Source: a virus
IMG/VR virus record: IMGVR_UViG_3300014720_000031
Span: 2,881-66,880 of that record
Strand: one strand, 5' to 3'
Length of the DNA stretch: 64,000 bases
Under the pieces are notes generated by a model that saw only the letters and a program-made list of their open reading frames with translations, had not been told where the DNA came from and ran no database searches. Position 1 is the first letter of the stretch, and the number at the start of each line of letters is the position of its first letter. The translations under genes were made by a program, and so were the position numbers. Below, piece by piece: positions 19,779 to 29,200 of the stretch.

Positions 19779-20786
19779 ATGAGTATAAATAGATGTGAAG
19801 ATTTGCAAAATACGACAGGAGATTGCCCTTGCTCCTCTTATCAAGGCTTATATAATCCTAATTTAGTATCTAATCCTTCTGATTGTATTTCTATTGGAAA
19901 ATATGCAGAACCGTTTAATGTTGGCACGGCCACATATAATTATATTAAAAACTGTTTTGATAATATAAAGATTTGTTATGAATGTTATGAAATTGCAAAT
20001 TGTATAGATTACAGTTACCATCCAACTGGATATTGTTATACTCCAATTACTACAACAACAAATAGTCCTACGACAACAACTACAACAACAACTCCAGAAC
20101 CATTTTTATGTGACCCAATTATTCCTATATATAGCGAAACTTCTTTAGAAGAAATCGAAAGCACTAGTGTTAGCATACCTACTACCACTACTACTACCAC
20201 TACGACAACTAGCACCACAACTACAACTCGCCCACCCCAGCAGACAACTACTACACCATCCCCTCTTCCGCCACCACCTCCTCCACCACCACTAACTCTT
20301 GCTCCACCTCCTCCACCTCCTCCACCTCCTCCACCTCCTCCACCACCACCTCCACCTCCTCCACCTCCTCCACCACCACCACCTCCACCTCCTCCACCTC
20401 CTCCACCTCCGCCACCACCACCAACTACTCGTCCACCTACAACTACAGAACCACCACCACCTCCGCCACCACCACCTCCGCCACCACCACCTCCACCACC
20501 TCCACCACCACCTCCTCCGCCACCTCCACCTCCGCCACCACCTCCTCCGCCACCTCCACCTCCGCCACCACCATGTTACAATTGCGGGGGCTGTCAATTT
20601 ACATGTGGTAACGGCTTCTACGCTGCAGACGGCGGCTGTTGTCATGGTTGGGGATTCTGCTCAGACGGAACTTATTTTAACGATGGACCTGGAGGATTTA
20701 ATCCAGCAGGGCTAGATCCAACAAAAGAATATAAAGGATTGGCTGGTCCAGATCTTAGAGATATTGAAAAGCTTTTTAATGAATGA
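19779..20786 (+). CDS. Cys-rich protein with poly-Thr and two ~40-residue poly-Pro tracts
   Basis: Cys-rich N- and C-terminal domains flank Thr runs and Pro runs encoded by mixed CCA/CCT/CCG codons. Confidence 0.7.
   Translation: MSINRCEDLQNTTGDCPCSSYQGLYNPNLVSNPSDCISIGKYAEPFNVGTATYNYIKNCFDNIKICYECYEIANCIDYSYHPTGYCYTPITTTTNSPTTTTTTTTPEPFLCDPIIPIYSETSLEEIESTSVSIPTTTTTTTTTTSTTTTTRPPQQTTTTPSPLPPPPPPPPLTLAPPPPPPPPPPPPPPPPPPPPPPPPPPPPPPPPPPPPPPPPTTRPPTTTEPPPPPPPPPPPPPPPPPPPPPPPPPPPPPPPPPPPPPPPPPCYNCGGCQFTCGNGFYAADGGCCHGWGFCSDGTYFNDGPGGFNPAGLDPTKEYKGLAGPDLRDIEKLFNE
20304..20573 (+). repeat. CCN trinucleotide repeat (40 and 41 consecutive Pro codons)
   Basis: 20304-20423 and 20451-20573 are uninterrupted Pro codons in the 19779 frame. 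Confidence 0.9.
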
Positions 20787-21816
20787 CCTCTACGATACAG
20801 AATTATTAAGTTTTGTTGATGAAGGAGGCTACATACTTAGTATACAAAATAATATATTTATTGCAGATATAGATAATGTCTATTACAAAAAAAAGATTAA
20901 TTTAATAGTATTTGAAGAAGATGGAAGACATCTATTCTCTGTAAAAAATAAACCATTTAAAATAAGTCATAACCAAAAATTTTTTGATGTAAAGATAATA
21001 AATAAAGAAAAAATAGAATATTTTTTAAATCTCAAAACTTATTTAATTGATACAAGAAATGATTCTTTTATTAAAGAGTTACATTTAAATAAAAAGATAT
21101 ATAAAAATTTTATACGTTTTTATATAAATAAAGATGAATTACAAAATGGAAATATGATAATATTTTTAGATTCATCTAAATACGGATTCGACCCTAGATA
21201 TGATTTAAAATGTCATATTAGCAAAGAAGCTTCTGAAGATTTTATATTAAAATATGGCGAAAATAAATTAATAGAAGAAATAGAAAAAAAAATAAAAGAA
21301 TATAAGGCTTCTGGACATTTATATAAAACACAAAATGGATTAAGGTTAATATTAACAGATAAATTTAGAAAAAACGAAGATTACGCGCAATTAGCGAAAG
21401 ATTTATATTCAGATTCAAAATACATTAATACATGTTTACTCGCAGGAAGATACGGATGTAGACTTACTCCAAAATTAAAAAATTATAAATTATTCGACAA
21501 ATCTTATAATAAACTAATTTCAAATCTATCTAATAATGATATTGCCACAAGTATAATAGAAAATGATGGAGGAACACCAATAAAATTTGATCTTAAAAAT
21601 ATTTACTTTAAAGACGATAAACAGAATAAAAAAATAGAAAAATATTTTATAATTTTTAAGGATTTAGTAACTGGTTATATAAAAAGAGAAGGGTACGCTA
21701 TTTGTAGAAAAATTAAAAAATTTAAGTTTTCTGAAGAGAATCCTGAAATTTTACAATTTTTAGATTATCATGATAAATGGACAAAGGCTAATAAAGAGAA
21801 CACAATACTTATATGA
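20779..21816 (+). CDS. hypothetical protein, paralog of the next gene
   Basis: Probable start ATG 20779. Shares YKTQNGLRLIL, RLTPK and HDKWTKANK.NTIL with 21813-22769. Confidence 0.65.
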   Translation: MNDLYDTELLSFVDEGGYILSIQNNIFIADIDNVYYKKKINLIVFEEDGRHLFSVKNKPFKISHNQKFFDVKIINKEKIEYFLNLKTYLIDTRNDSFIKELHLNKKIYKNFIRFYINKDELQNGNMIIFLDSSKYGFDPRYDLKCHISKEASEDFILKYGENKLIEEIEKKIKEYKASGHLYKTQNGLRLILTDKFRKNEDYAQLAKDLYSDSKYINTCLLAGRYGCRLTPKLKNYKLFDKSYNKLISNLSNNDIATSIIENDGGTPIKFDLKNIYFKDDKQNKKIEKYFIIFKDLVTGYIKREGYAICRKIKKFKFSEENPEILQFLDYHDKWTKANKENTILI

Positions 21817-22769
21817 TAGATTTATATAGCTCTGAATACAATCATCGCGGGTATATAAACAGCATCCAAAAATATATAGGATTAATTGATGTAGACTTTA
21901 TTTCTTCAGATAATAATTTTACAATAGATTTTACTAATAATTTAACTTTATATCCATTAGACGTTTATCAATTAAACATTTGCCCATATCAAAAATCATT
22001 CGATATAAATTTTATAAACATGGATAAAAAGTCCATATCAGAGATTTCTATTTATGATAGAAACAATAATGATCTAAATTTTAAAAAGGAAATAGATAAT
22101 AATTCTAAAGTAAAATTTAATATACCAAAAGATATAAGATGCCGAAAAGACGAATTCTATATTCTCAAAGATAAAAAAAATGATTTAATGTTTAAAATTT
22201 TTGTAAATTATAATGCGTCTAAAAGAATTTACGCTGAAAATGGAGAAGAAAAAATTATAAATGACATAGAAAAATACTTAACTCAAAACAAAATAACTTC
22301 AAATATATATAGGACGCAAAATGGTTTAAGAGTGATATTACTTGATAAATTAAGAGGCCTATTTGATAAAGATTCATATCAAGATTATAAAAGCATAAGT
22401 AATTCTATATATGGCGATGATTTGTATTTAAAATACGTAATAGCAAGGGGAGCTTATTCTTTAAGATTAACGCCAAAATTTAGGAGTTACAAGCTTATAG
22501 ATCAAAATAATTATAAAGAATATGAAGAAAAATTTAAAGAAAGCCTTGGATTAAAGTACCTTCATGGTCTTATCAGAGCCGTTGGAAACCCCTTGAATGG
22601 AAAGAAAATAATTGATTCTTTATCAAGAATATATTTAAAATCTGATAAATATTCTGTCGCAAAAATAATAAATAGAATTGGTGATATAAAAGATAAAGAT
22701 ATATCTAATTTTATAGAATTTCACGATAAATGGACAAAAGCAAACAAAATTAATACAATATTAGTATAA
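21813..22769 (+). CDS. hypothetical protein, paralog of the previous gene
   Basis: YRTQNGLRVIL, LRLTPK, HDKWTKANKINTIL. Confidence 0.65.
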   Translation: MIDLYSSEYNHRGYINSIQKYIGLIDVDFISSDNNFTIDFTNNLTLYPLDVYQLNICPYQKSFDINFINMDKKSISEISIYDRNNNDLNFKKEIDNNSKVKFNIPKDIRCRKDEFYILKDKKNDLMFKIFVNYNASKRIYAENGEEKIINDIEKYLTQNKITSNIYRTQNGLRVILLDKLRGLFDKDSYQDYKSISNSIYGDDLYLKYVIARGAYSLRLTPKFRSYKLIDQNNYKEYEEKFKESLGLKYLHGLIRAVGNPLNGKKIIDSLSRIYLKSDKYSVAKIINRIGDIKDKDISNFIEFHDKWTKANKINTILV

Positions 22770-22770
22770 C

Positions 22771-23187
22771 ATGGTCTTTCTCTCTTATAACTTATTTCTA
22801 TATAGATACAATAAAGGATATGATGCTAAATTAAATATTTTTAAAAAGCATTTTCCTGGTAAAGACTATTTGCTACCATATAGTCAATTAAGTAAAGATG
22901 AAATTGCTACAAAGATAAAATGTGATGAAAATGAACTAACTGGGCTATTTGTAAAAGATTTAGACTTTATAATGAAAAAATGTAGTGGACTAGCCGTTTT
23001 TCCAACAAAAAACAATTACATTGGACTTGGTACATATTGGGAAATTATCTCGGCAGAGAAATATGGTTTAGAAAAGTTAGTATATAATTCTGAAAAAGAT
23101 ATATTTTATAATAAATTTAAAATTAAAGAAGTTCCAAAGAAAATCAAAAATGCGACATTTTACAAAAAAATTATTTTTTTAGATTAA
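22771..23187 (+). CDS. nucleoside 2-deoxyribosyltransferase-like protein
   Basis: 'DL.FI...C..L.VF......GT.WEI..A...G' pattern of the NDT fold. Confidence 0.45.
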   Translation: MVFLSYNLFLYRYNKGYDAKLNIFKKHFPGKDYLLPYSQLSKDEIATKIKCDENELTGLFVKDLDFIMKKCSGLAVFPTKNNYIGLGTYWEIISAEKYGLEKLVYNSEKDIFYNKFKIKEVPKKIKNATFYKKIIFLD

Positions 23188-24010
23188 TAATTTCTTCTAC
23201 TTTTTTTTCTAGCAAAGCTAATTTATGATCTATTTTAAAAAGAATATCTTCAAACATTTTATTTGCGACTTCATCTTCGATCTCTGGATATGGTAAATCT
23301 AAATAAGGTATCTTTTTATCTATAATATAAAATACTTCATTATCTTTATTTTTCTTAGCAAATTGGCTTTTTGTTTTTATTAATATTTTATTCGTAACGA
23401 CTTTACCAGTTTTAATTTCATATGGAAGATTATTAAGGAGATGAAGGACCATAAATCCATCCCCATGAGTTACGTCTTTGATAAAGTTAGATTGAAAATT
23501 TTTTACATTAGTTTTTTTATAAAAGAAATCTAATAAAATTTTAGCACCATTTTCACTAATAAAATAAGCATTTTCTTCTGGAGGTTCAAAATAAGCTCCC
23601 TTTTGTAATATTTCGAACTCGATTTGATCGTCTTTTATATCAGTTATTATGATTGATGTTTTTCTCAAAGGATCATTTATCTCTTTATCTAAAACAAATT
23701 TTTGATTTTTGAATATATTACCACTTTTTTCTATCACTTTAGTATGCCCAAAGAATTCATATTCATCGTAATATATATCTATATATTCATTATTTACTAT
23801 ATCACTAGAAGTCTCAAAAATATGTATTTTATCTATAGACTCTAAATTTTTAAAATTCTTTTCTATTCTTATAGTTTCAAAGTCTTCAATTTTAATAGAA
23901 GTAAAATCTGAATCGAATACCATAAACATATTCTTTCTAATTGGTATATCAGAAATATTTGCATGAATTAATATTCTACCGTCTTTTATAGAAGATGTAT
24001 ATCTTTGCAT
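23171..24010 (-). CDS. hypothetical protein
   Basis: 279-aa ORF with C-terminal coiled coil; TATAAT 6 nt before the ATG. Confidence 0.6.
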   Translation of the reverse strand: MQRYTSSIKDGRILIHANISDIPIRKNMFMVFDSDFTSIKIEDFETIRIEKNFKNLESIDKIHIFETSSDIVNNEYIDIYYDEYEFFGHTKVIEKSGNIFKNQKFVLDKEINDPLRKTSIIITDIKDDQIEFEILQKGAYFEPPEENAYFISENGAKILLDFFYKKTNVKNFQSNFIKDVTHGDGFMVLHLLNNLPYEIKTGKVVTNKILIKTKSQFAKKNKDNEVFYIIDKKIPYLDLPYPEIEDEVANKMFEDILFKIDHKLALLEKKVEEIINLKK

Positions 24011-24017
24011 TATAATA

Positions 24018-24860
24018 TTATATGTGATATTTTAGACTTATTCTAGAATTTATTATATCATTTGTTCTTAGTGAAAAATTCTTACCAACAAGATATCCAC
24101 TTTTTAAATTCATAGATATTTTGGCATCTCCAGACCATGGACTCGCGTAATTAATATTAGTATTGTTAATTAAGCTATTTATATTCCTTATATTCATATC
24201 GTATGTATTTAACTCGACAAAAAGATCGATTTGTTCTTCATTATAAACTACTCTGTGTGGATATGTCTTTTCTAATGTATATATTGGTTGAACATCAGCC
24301 TTATAGGATAGGTCAATTTTTCTAATATCATGACTAGAAAATTCATTTGAATTATCTTGAAATATTAAAGTTGTAGAAGATCCATGAGAATAGAAATTTT
24401 GCTGATTGACACCGACATCGTAAGAATCTACTCCAAGTGTTCCATTGAATTGACTATTTGTAACACTATAAAATACAAACTCTGCCTGAGACGATATCAT
24501 ATTGTCTGGATCTGCTGAAATATTATATGATCTTAAGTAGCCACTATTAAATATAGCATTCCCACATGTTATTTTAAAATTATCTTTATCTCCTCCAGTT
24601 TTTAATATATTATTAATAAAAATATAATCCTTTGGAGCTTGAGATAGGAATGATACATTTATAACTGCCGCCAAACCATCTGCATTGTTTCCTCTAAAAG
24701 GATGTTTTTGATTGACTATATAAGCAAAGCCAGCATTTGGATTTATTTCTAAAGATATATTTTGAGCGGTAAAATTATACTGATTGTACAAAGCTGGAGC
24801 AATTCCATATTTATTGAAGCTCTGAATTGAAATTGGAAAATTTTTATAAGAATAAAACAT
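24018..24860 (-). CDS. tail-tube-like paralog
   Basis: 'AQNISLEI', 'SGYLRSYNISA' and 'IDLSYKADVQPIYTL' mirror the two-domain pattern of 5460-6536. Confidence 0.5.
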   Translation of the reverse strand: MFYSYKNFPISIQSFNKYGIAPALYNQYNFTAQNISLEINPNAGFAYIVNQKHPFRGNNADGLAAVINVSFLSQAPKDYIFINNILKTGGDKDNFKITCGNAIFNSGYLRSYNISADPDNMISSQAEFVFYSVTNSQFNGTLGVDSYDVGVNQQNFYSHGSSTTLIFQDNSNEFSSHDIRKIDLSYKADVQPIYTLEKTYPHRVVYNEEQIDLFVELNTYDMNIRNINSLINNTNINYASPWSGDAKISMNLKSGYLVGKNFSLRTNDIINSRISLKYHI

Positions 24861-25672
24861 TAATAGAATTTAGTGAATCTTCTTCTTGTAGAAGTAATTC
24901 CATCAACAGAGCTTGTACCCTCTATTGTAACGCTTTGCGCTCCGCTCATAACTACTGTATAGGTTACTCCTGGGCAACAAATTGCTTCTAAAGCAAATGT
25001 AAGAATTCTTGAATCACCTGTATATATTACTCTTCTATATAATGCTTCTGACATTTCAAACTCTTCTGATGCGCCATTAAATTTTATTAGTCTTGGATCA
25101 ATTCTATTTAATATTTTTACTGGTAAATATTCTGCTCTAAAACTATATGACATATTAAATAGATTAGAATAGTCTTCTATATTTCCTAAATAAGAATTTG
25201 GAAATGCAGTCATTGCGGCTTTTGATCCATGTAGAAAGTCTGCGTCTAAATTTTGACCAACTGTATACATTCCAATTTGTCCAGTAGGAGTATTAAACGT
25301 GAAGAAAGAGGCTTGAGCATTAACTATTCTATCTGGCTCAACTGTAAAAGAAAAACTATCTAATAAGCAATTTGTATATCTAAGACCACCGATATCTATA
25401 TCACCACTTGGAGCAATATCTGTTAGGTTATTCTTCATGTTATCTATTAAAGTTTTAATAGGATCATCATTTTGAATATTATATTGAAATGATACATTAT
25501 GAGTAACTACATCATTAGGAACTTGGCTATAATAAGCTTGTCTTTTGCCGAGAGACTTGACTGGTGTTATATTATTAGTTGTTGAAAAAGTAATATTTGT
25601 TACAGGCATTGCTCCAGTTATACCATTACATATAAATCTAACTGGGGTATATTTAAAAGAATATATGCTCAT
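24860..25672 (-). CDS. tail-tube-like paralog
   Basis: 'NITPVKSLGK', 'CLLDSFSFTV' and 'SGAQ...TSSVDG' match tube motifs (GAKLDSQEFTSSVG). Confidence 0.55.
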   Translation of the reverse strand: MSIYSFKYTPVRFICNGITGAMPVTNITFSTTNNITPVKSLGKRQAYYSQVPNDVVTHNVSFQYNIQNDDPIKTLIDNMKNNLTDIAPSGDIDIGGLRYTNCLLDSFSFTVEPDRIVNAQASFFTFNTPTGQIGMYTVGQNLDADFLHGSKAAMTAFPNSYLGNIEDYSNLFNMSYSFRAEYLPVKILNRIDPRLIKFNGASEEFEMSEALYRRVIYTGDSRILTFALEAICCPGVTYTVVMSGAQSVTIEGTSSVDGITSTRRRFTKFY

Positions 25673-25681
25673 TTTATTATA

Positions 25682-25687
25682 TTACAC
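25682..25687 (-). promoter_or_regulatory. GTGTAA putative late-promoter motif
   Basis: AGTGTAATATAATAAA-ATG; 9 nt to the start at 25672. Confidence 0.6.
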
Positions 25688-25720
25688 TGTTATTTTTTCT
25701 AAAAGAAGATTAAATTGATT

Positions 25721-25967
25721 AGCCACTTTCCTCTGCTCATACGGCTTAGTCCGGTGTTCATTTTTATTTATAAATAAATTAGATATTTAGCCAATCTATC
25801 GCCGATTGCTCGGTGTCCTCCCAATTCTAAAAGTCCTAAGACTACATAGAAAAATTAAGTCTAATAGATCGTTTATCAGCTTAGGGCCTTGGTTAGGCTT
25901 TTTGGGCCTTTTTGAATGTATTTCGGAGATATTCCCTCTGTCCACTCGTTCCTCGGCTTGTCACCTT
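25721..25967 (-). ncRNA. putative structured non-coding RNA (exon of the group I ribozyme, possibly circular)
   Basis: Locally GC-richer with no credible ORF. Hairpins CCGA-GCAA-UCGG, CCUAAG/CUUAGG and UAGAU/AUCUA; bounded by predicted splice sites. Confidence 0.5.
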
Positions 25968-26234
25968 CAATTTATTTAATATCTTTAATTTTAAATAAAG
26001 ATTTTCTTATTGTTACCAATAAGATTGGACTATGTCTTATTTATATTTTATATAAATTTGGGCGCTCGTGTCCTTGTTATTCCTGCGGAAGGTCAAAGAT
26101 TAGTCTCTACACCTTCTTATATCATTTTTAAACCGCGATATAAGCTTGGCTCGGCGTTACCCTATATTATATGTCAAAGAACTTTTATTTTATATAGGAC
26201 TTTCACCGAATTCACCCAATACGGCCATAAGGTG
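25968..26234 (-). ncRNA. group I intron/ribozyme core (IA-like)
   Basis: P3 UUGGGUG/CGCCCAA, P4 UUCGGUG/CGCCGAG, P5 CCUAUAU/AUAUAGG, P6a CUUAUAUC/GAUAUAAG, R GGUGUAGAGACUA, S AAGACAUAGUCC, P8, P9 CUUAUUG-GUAA-CAAUAAG, P9.1, terminal G at 25968. Confidence 0.88.
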
Positions 26235-26240
26235 TTACAC
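26235..26240 (-). promoter_or_regulatory. GTGTAA motif immediately upstream of the ribozyme
   Basis: AGTGTAAC on the minus strand, 14 nt after the stop of the large mucin-like gene. Confidence 0.45.
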
Positions 26241-26254
26241 TTGTATAGTCCCGA

Positions 26255-29200
26255 TTAGATTGTTATTGCGTATTTATTTGCTAAATATGTATTTACTGCT
26301 GATATTTGCGATGGGCTTAATTCTTTATTATATATTAATACTTCAGCTAAATTACCCTGCCAGTAATATTGTCCTCCCCAATTTTGAACCCCTAAGAATG
26401 GTCCACCATTTGGGAAAGAATTAGTATATGTGCTGCTACTATATGATGGAGCAAGAAAATCTGGATAAAAAGATATGAAGCCTGTATTATTTATAGCTAT
26501 ATATCTATTTTGATTACTCGACATAGTTGTTAATATATGCCATCCAGTTATCGCATTTGGGGCAGCAAAATAATCTCTATAGGTATAAGCGAATCCATCA
26601 TAAATTTGACCATCTTCCCAAGCGTAGTGACTACCTCCGTCAATATTATTACCAAAATCTCCAAATACAGATCCAAGTTGTTTATTCAAGTAATCTGAGA
26701 CTGTTCTTGCGACTGCAAATGCTGTAGCTCCTGTTGTTGAACCCGTGCTTAGTATCGCTGGCAAATCTATGAAATTCGATCCATCAAAAATAACCGAACC
26801 ATAGCCATTAATCAAATGATTAGAAGCTTGGGAAAAACTTGCGCCAAATATTTCTGGAGAATTTTGAGCATTACTTGAATCAACAAATGGATTCTCTGGT
26901 TTTAACCAATAAACTAAATTATTTAAGATATTAAATCCAGGTAATGGGGTTGTTGTAGTGGTGCTTGTTGTAGTGGTGCTTGTTGTAGTAGTACTTGTAG
27001 TGGCTGCAGGAGTTGCACAACTTAAATAATAAGTATATATTGGAGATGTACCTTGACACAATTGACTTTGGGTAGTTACTATGACTTTGACTATAGAATT
27101 ATTTAAATTATTTAAATTTGATACAGTTCCGCCCCCATTGAAACCTATTGGACCAGAATTAAAAATTAAATTAGTCCCAGCGTAATCATATAATGAAAAT
27201 ACTAAAATTTCATCAGAATTATCAACTGTAAATGTAAAATCAAATGTTCCTAATGCGTTTGTGTCAACATATCTTGTATGTATGCATGTATTATTTATTG
27301 TCCAGTTCGAATCATTATAATCATAATATGTAATTGCACAATTTCCTGCCAAAGCACTAACTGGAGTAGTTGAAGTTGTGGTTGTTGTAGTGGTTGTCGT
27401 ACTAGTGGTCGTCGTAGTAGTACTTGTAGGACCAACAGTGCCAATTATTTTGAATGCTTTTGAATTATTTTCATTATTATAATAGTTTGATAATCTATAA
27501 GTACCATCCGAAGTTATATTAGTATTATCGACTGAAGTGTTTGAAGTAGTTTTAATTCTAAATTGAATTTGACCCATTAGACCGCCCCAACTTAATTCAA
27601 TGTTTTCATTAGAGAAATTATCAGAATTCAAAGACCATTCATATAATGGACCACCTTCAAAATTATTTAAACTAGAATATAATCCTAAGTTCTTTGGTCC
27701 TTTATTTGAAGAACGATTTCCAACCAATATTCTTTTTAATGTAGCTTCATATCCATTTTCAATATTAAAACCAAAAGAAACATAATCATTTGTGTCCTGA
27801 CTCCAAGCTTTAGAGCAAAATGAGTTTGATCCAGATGCCGCCAAAAGGCCTGGGCCTCTTTGTAAATCTAGAGCAGTAATATGATTTGAACCAATTCCAG
27901 TGACTAGATTTTCATCTCCATTTCTACCATCGAGCTCCCAAGCAACTAATGCTGGACAACTTAATTGATAATTATAATAAACAAAAGGCGCACAATCATC
28001 TGAATTTTGTACTTTTATATAAACTAAAGCATTATTCGCTTCTGATGTTTTTACAAATCCTACAGATGCAGAGGTTGATGTTGGTCCAAAAGGATAAAGT
28101 ATATTATTATAATTAACATAACCACTAATTTGGTAACCTTCTGAATAAAATGCCAAAGAAGCAAGTCCTTGAGAATCTCCATCAAGACTAATATTTCTTT
28201 TATGTTGACAACCATAAGATACCCAATCTAAATCATTTGTTTCATTGTATATAACATCGCATTCACCTTCTGTTACAGGAACAGGAGGAGGAGTCGTTGT
28301 CGTTGTAGTCGTTGTTGTTGTAGTAGTTGTGGTTGTTGTTGTCGTTGTAGTAGTGGTTGTAGTCGTTGTGAATCTTTCGCAAAATATAGAATAAAAGTAC
28401 CAAGCATTAATTGAGCAATCTATTGTCGAATCTATTAGTACATATACTGTAGCATATTCTGGATCTCCAGCTATTCTTTCGAAAAGAACATTTCCATAAT
28501 ATCCTGAGCTTTCTGTTCCTAAAGCGACAACAAGTCTATTACCAAGATATACATAGAAATTTAAATTAATATTATTTTCTGCTCCCCAATTGAAGCGTAA
28601 ATTGCCCAAATCGCTTCCTATAAATATTCTTCTTCCATCTAAGCATCCTCCACTAACCCAATTTGGATTATCTACTTCATAATAATTATTACCACAAGTT
28701 CCATCTGGTAATAATGGAAATGGGGTAGTTGTAGTAGTCGTAGTGGTGGTAGTAGTCGTGGTAGTCGTGGTCGTAGTTGTAGTAGACGAAGTCAAATCAT
28801 AAAAATATATATATTTTTGTCCTACAAATAGAATTTTTGATCCAAGATACTCAGCGGTTACAGATATCCAATTATCTAGATATGGTAATGTGGCAATTGA
28901 ATAATTAGGTAAATTATAAGATGGTAACGGAACAAAATTTGTTTTAGAAATTAAAAATACATTTGTTTTTAAATCATTGGTCCTAGATTTTTTAACTGCT
29001 ATGACCCAAGTACCTCCTCCTGGATTAATATCAAAATTTGTCCACGCTACTTCTGTCAATTCGTAATCTAATTCAAATCCAGCTGATGCCCAATTTTCTC
29101 CAAATCCTGAGAAATAAAATTTACCATTATTATTTCCAAAAGCATTTATTGTTGGAGTATCATTAAATAAACGCATTTCTGTTTCGCCCACGTTATTCTC

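Noticed and set aside
20036-20715. ORFs encoding poly-Val, poly-Trp/Arg or poly-His/Leu (20036-20218, 20292-20645, 20299-20715)
   Set aside because: Alternative-frame or antisense shadows of the Thr/Pro codon repeats.
25721-25967. Fragmentary resemblance to tmRNA (AAGGUG..GCCGAGG, GACUAAGC), RNase P RNA (GAGGAAAGU) and 23S rRNA domain I (GGCUAAAUA, UGAAC)
   Set aside because: Only short words recalled from memory. No tRNA-like acceptor/T arm, no RNase P P4 pairing, and no way to test significance without a covariance search, so no family was assigned.
25916-26424. Three short plus-strand ORFs over the intergenic gap
   Set aside because: Antisense to the group I core, no protein-like features; the minus-strand RNA structure explains the sequence.
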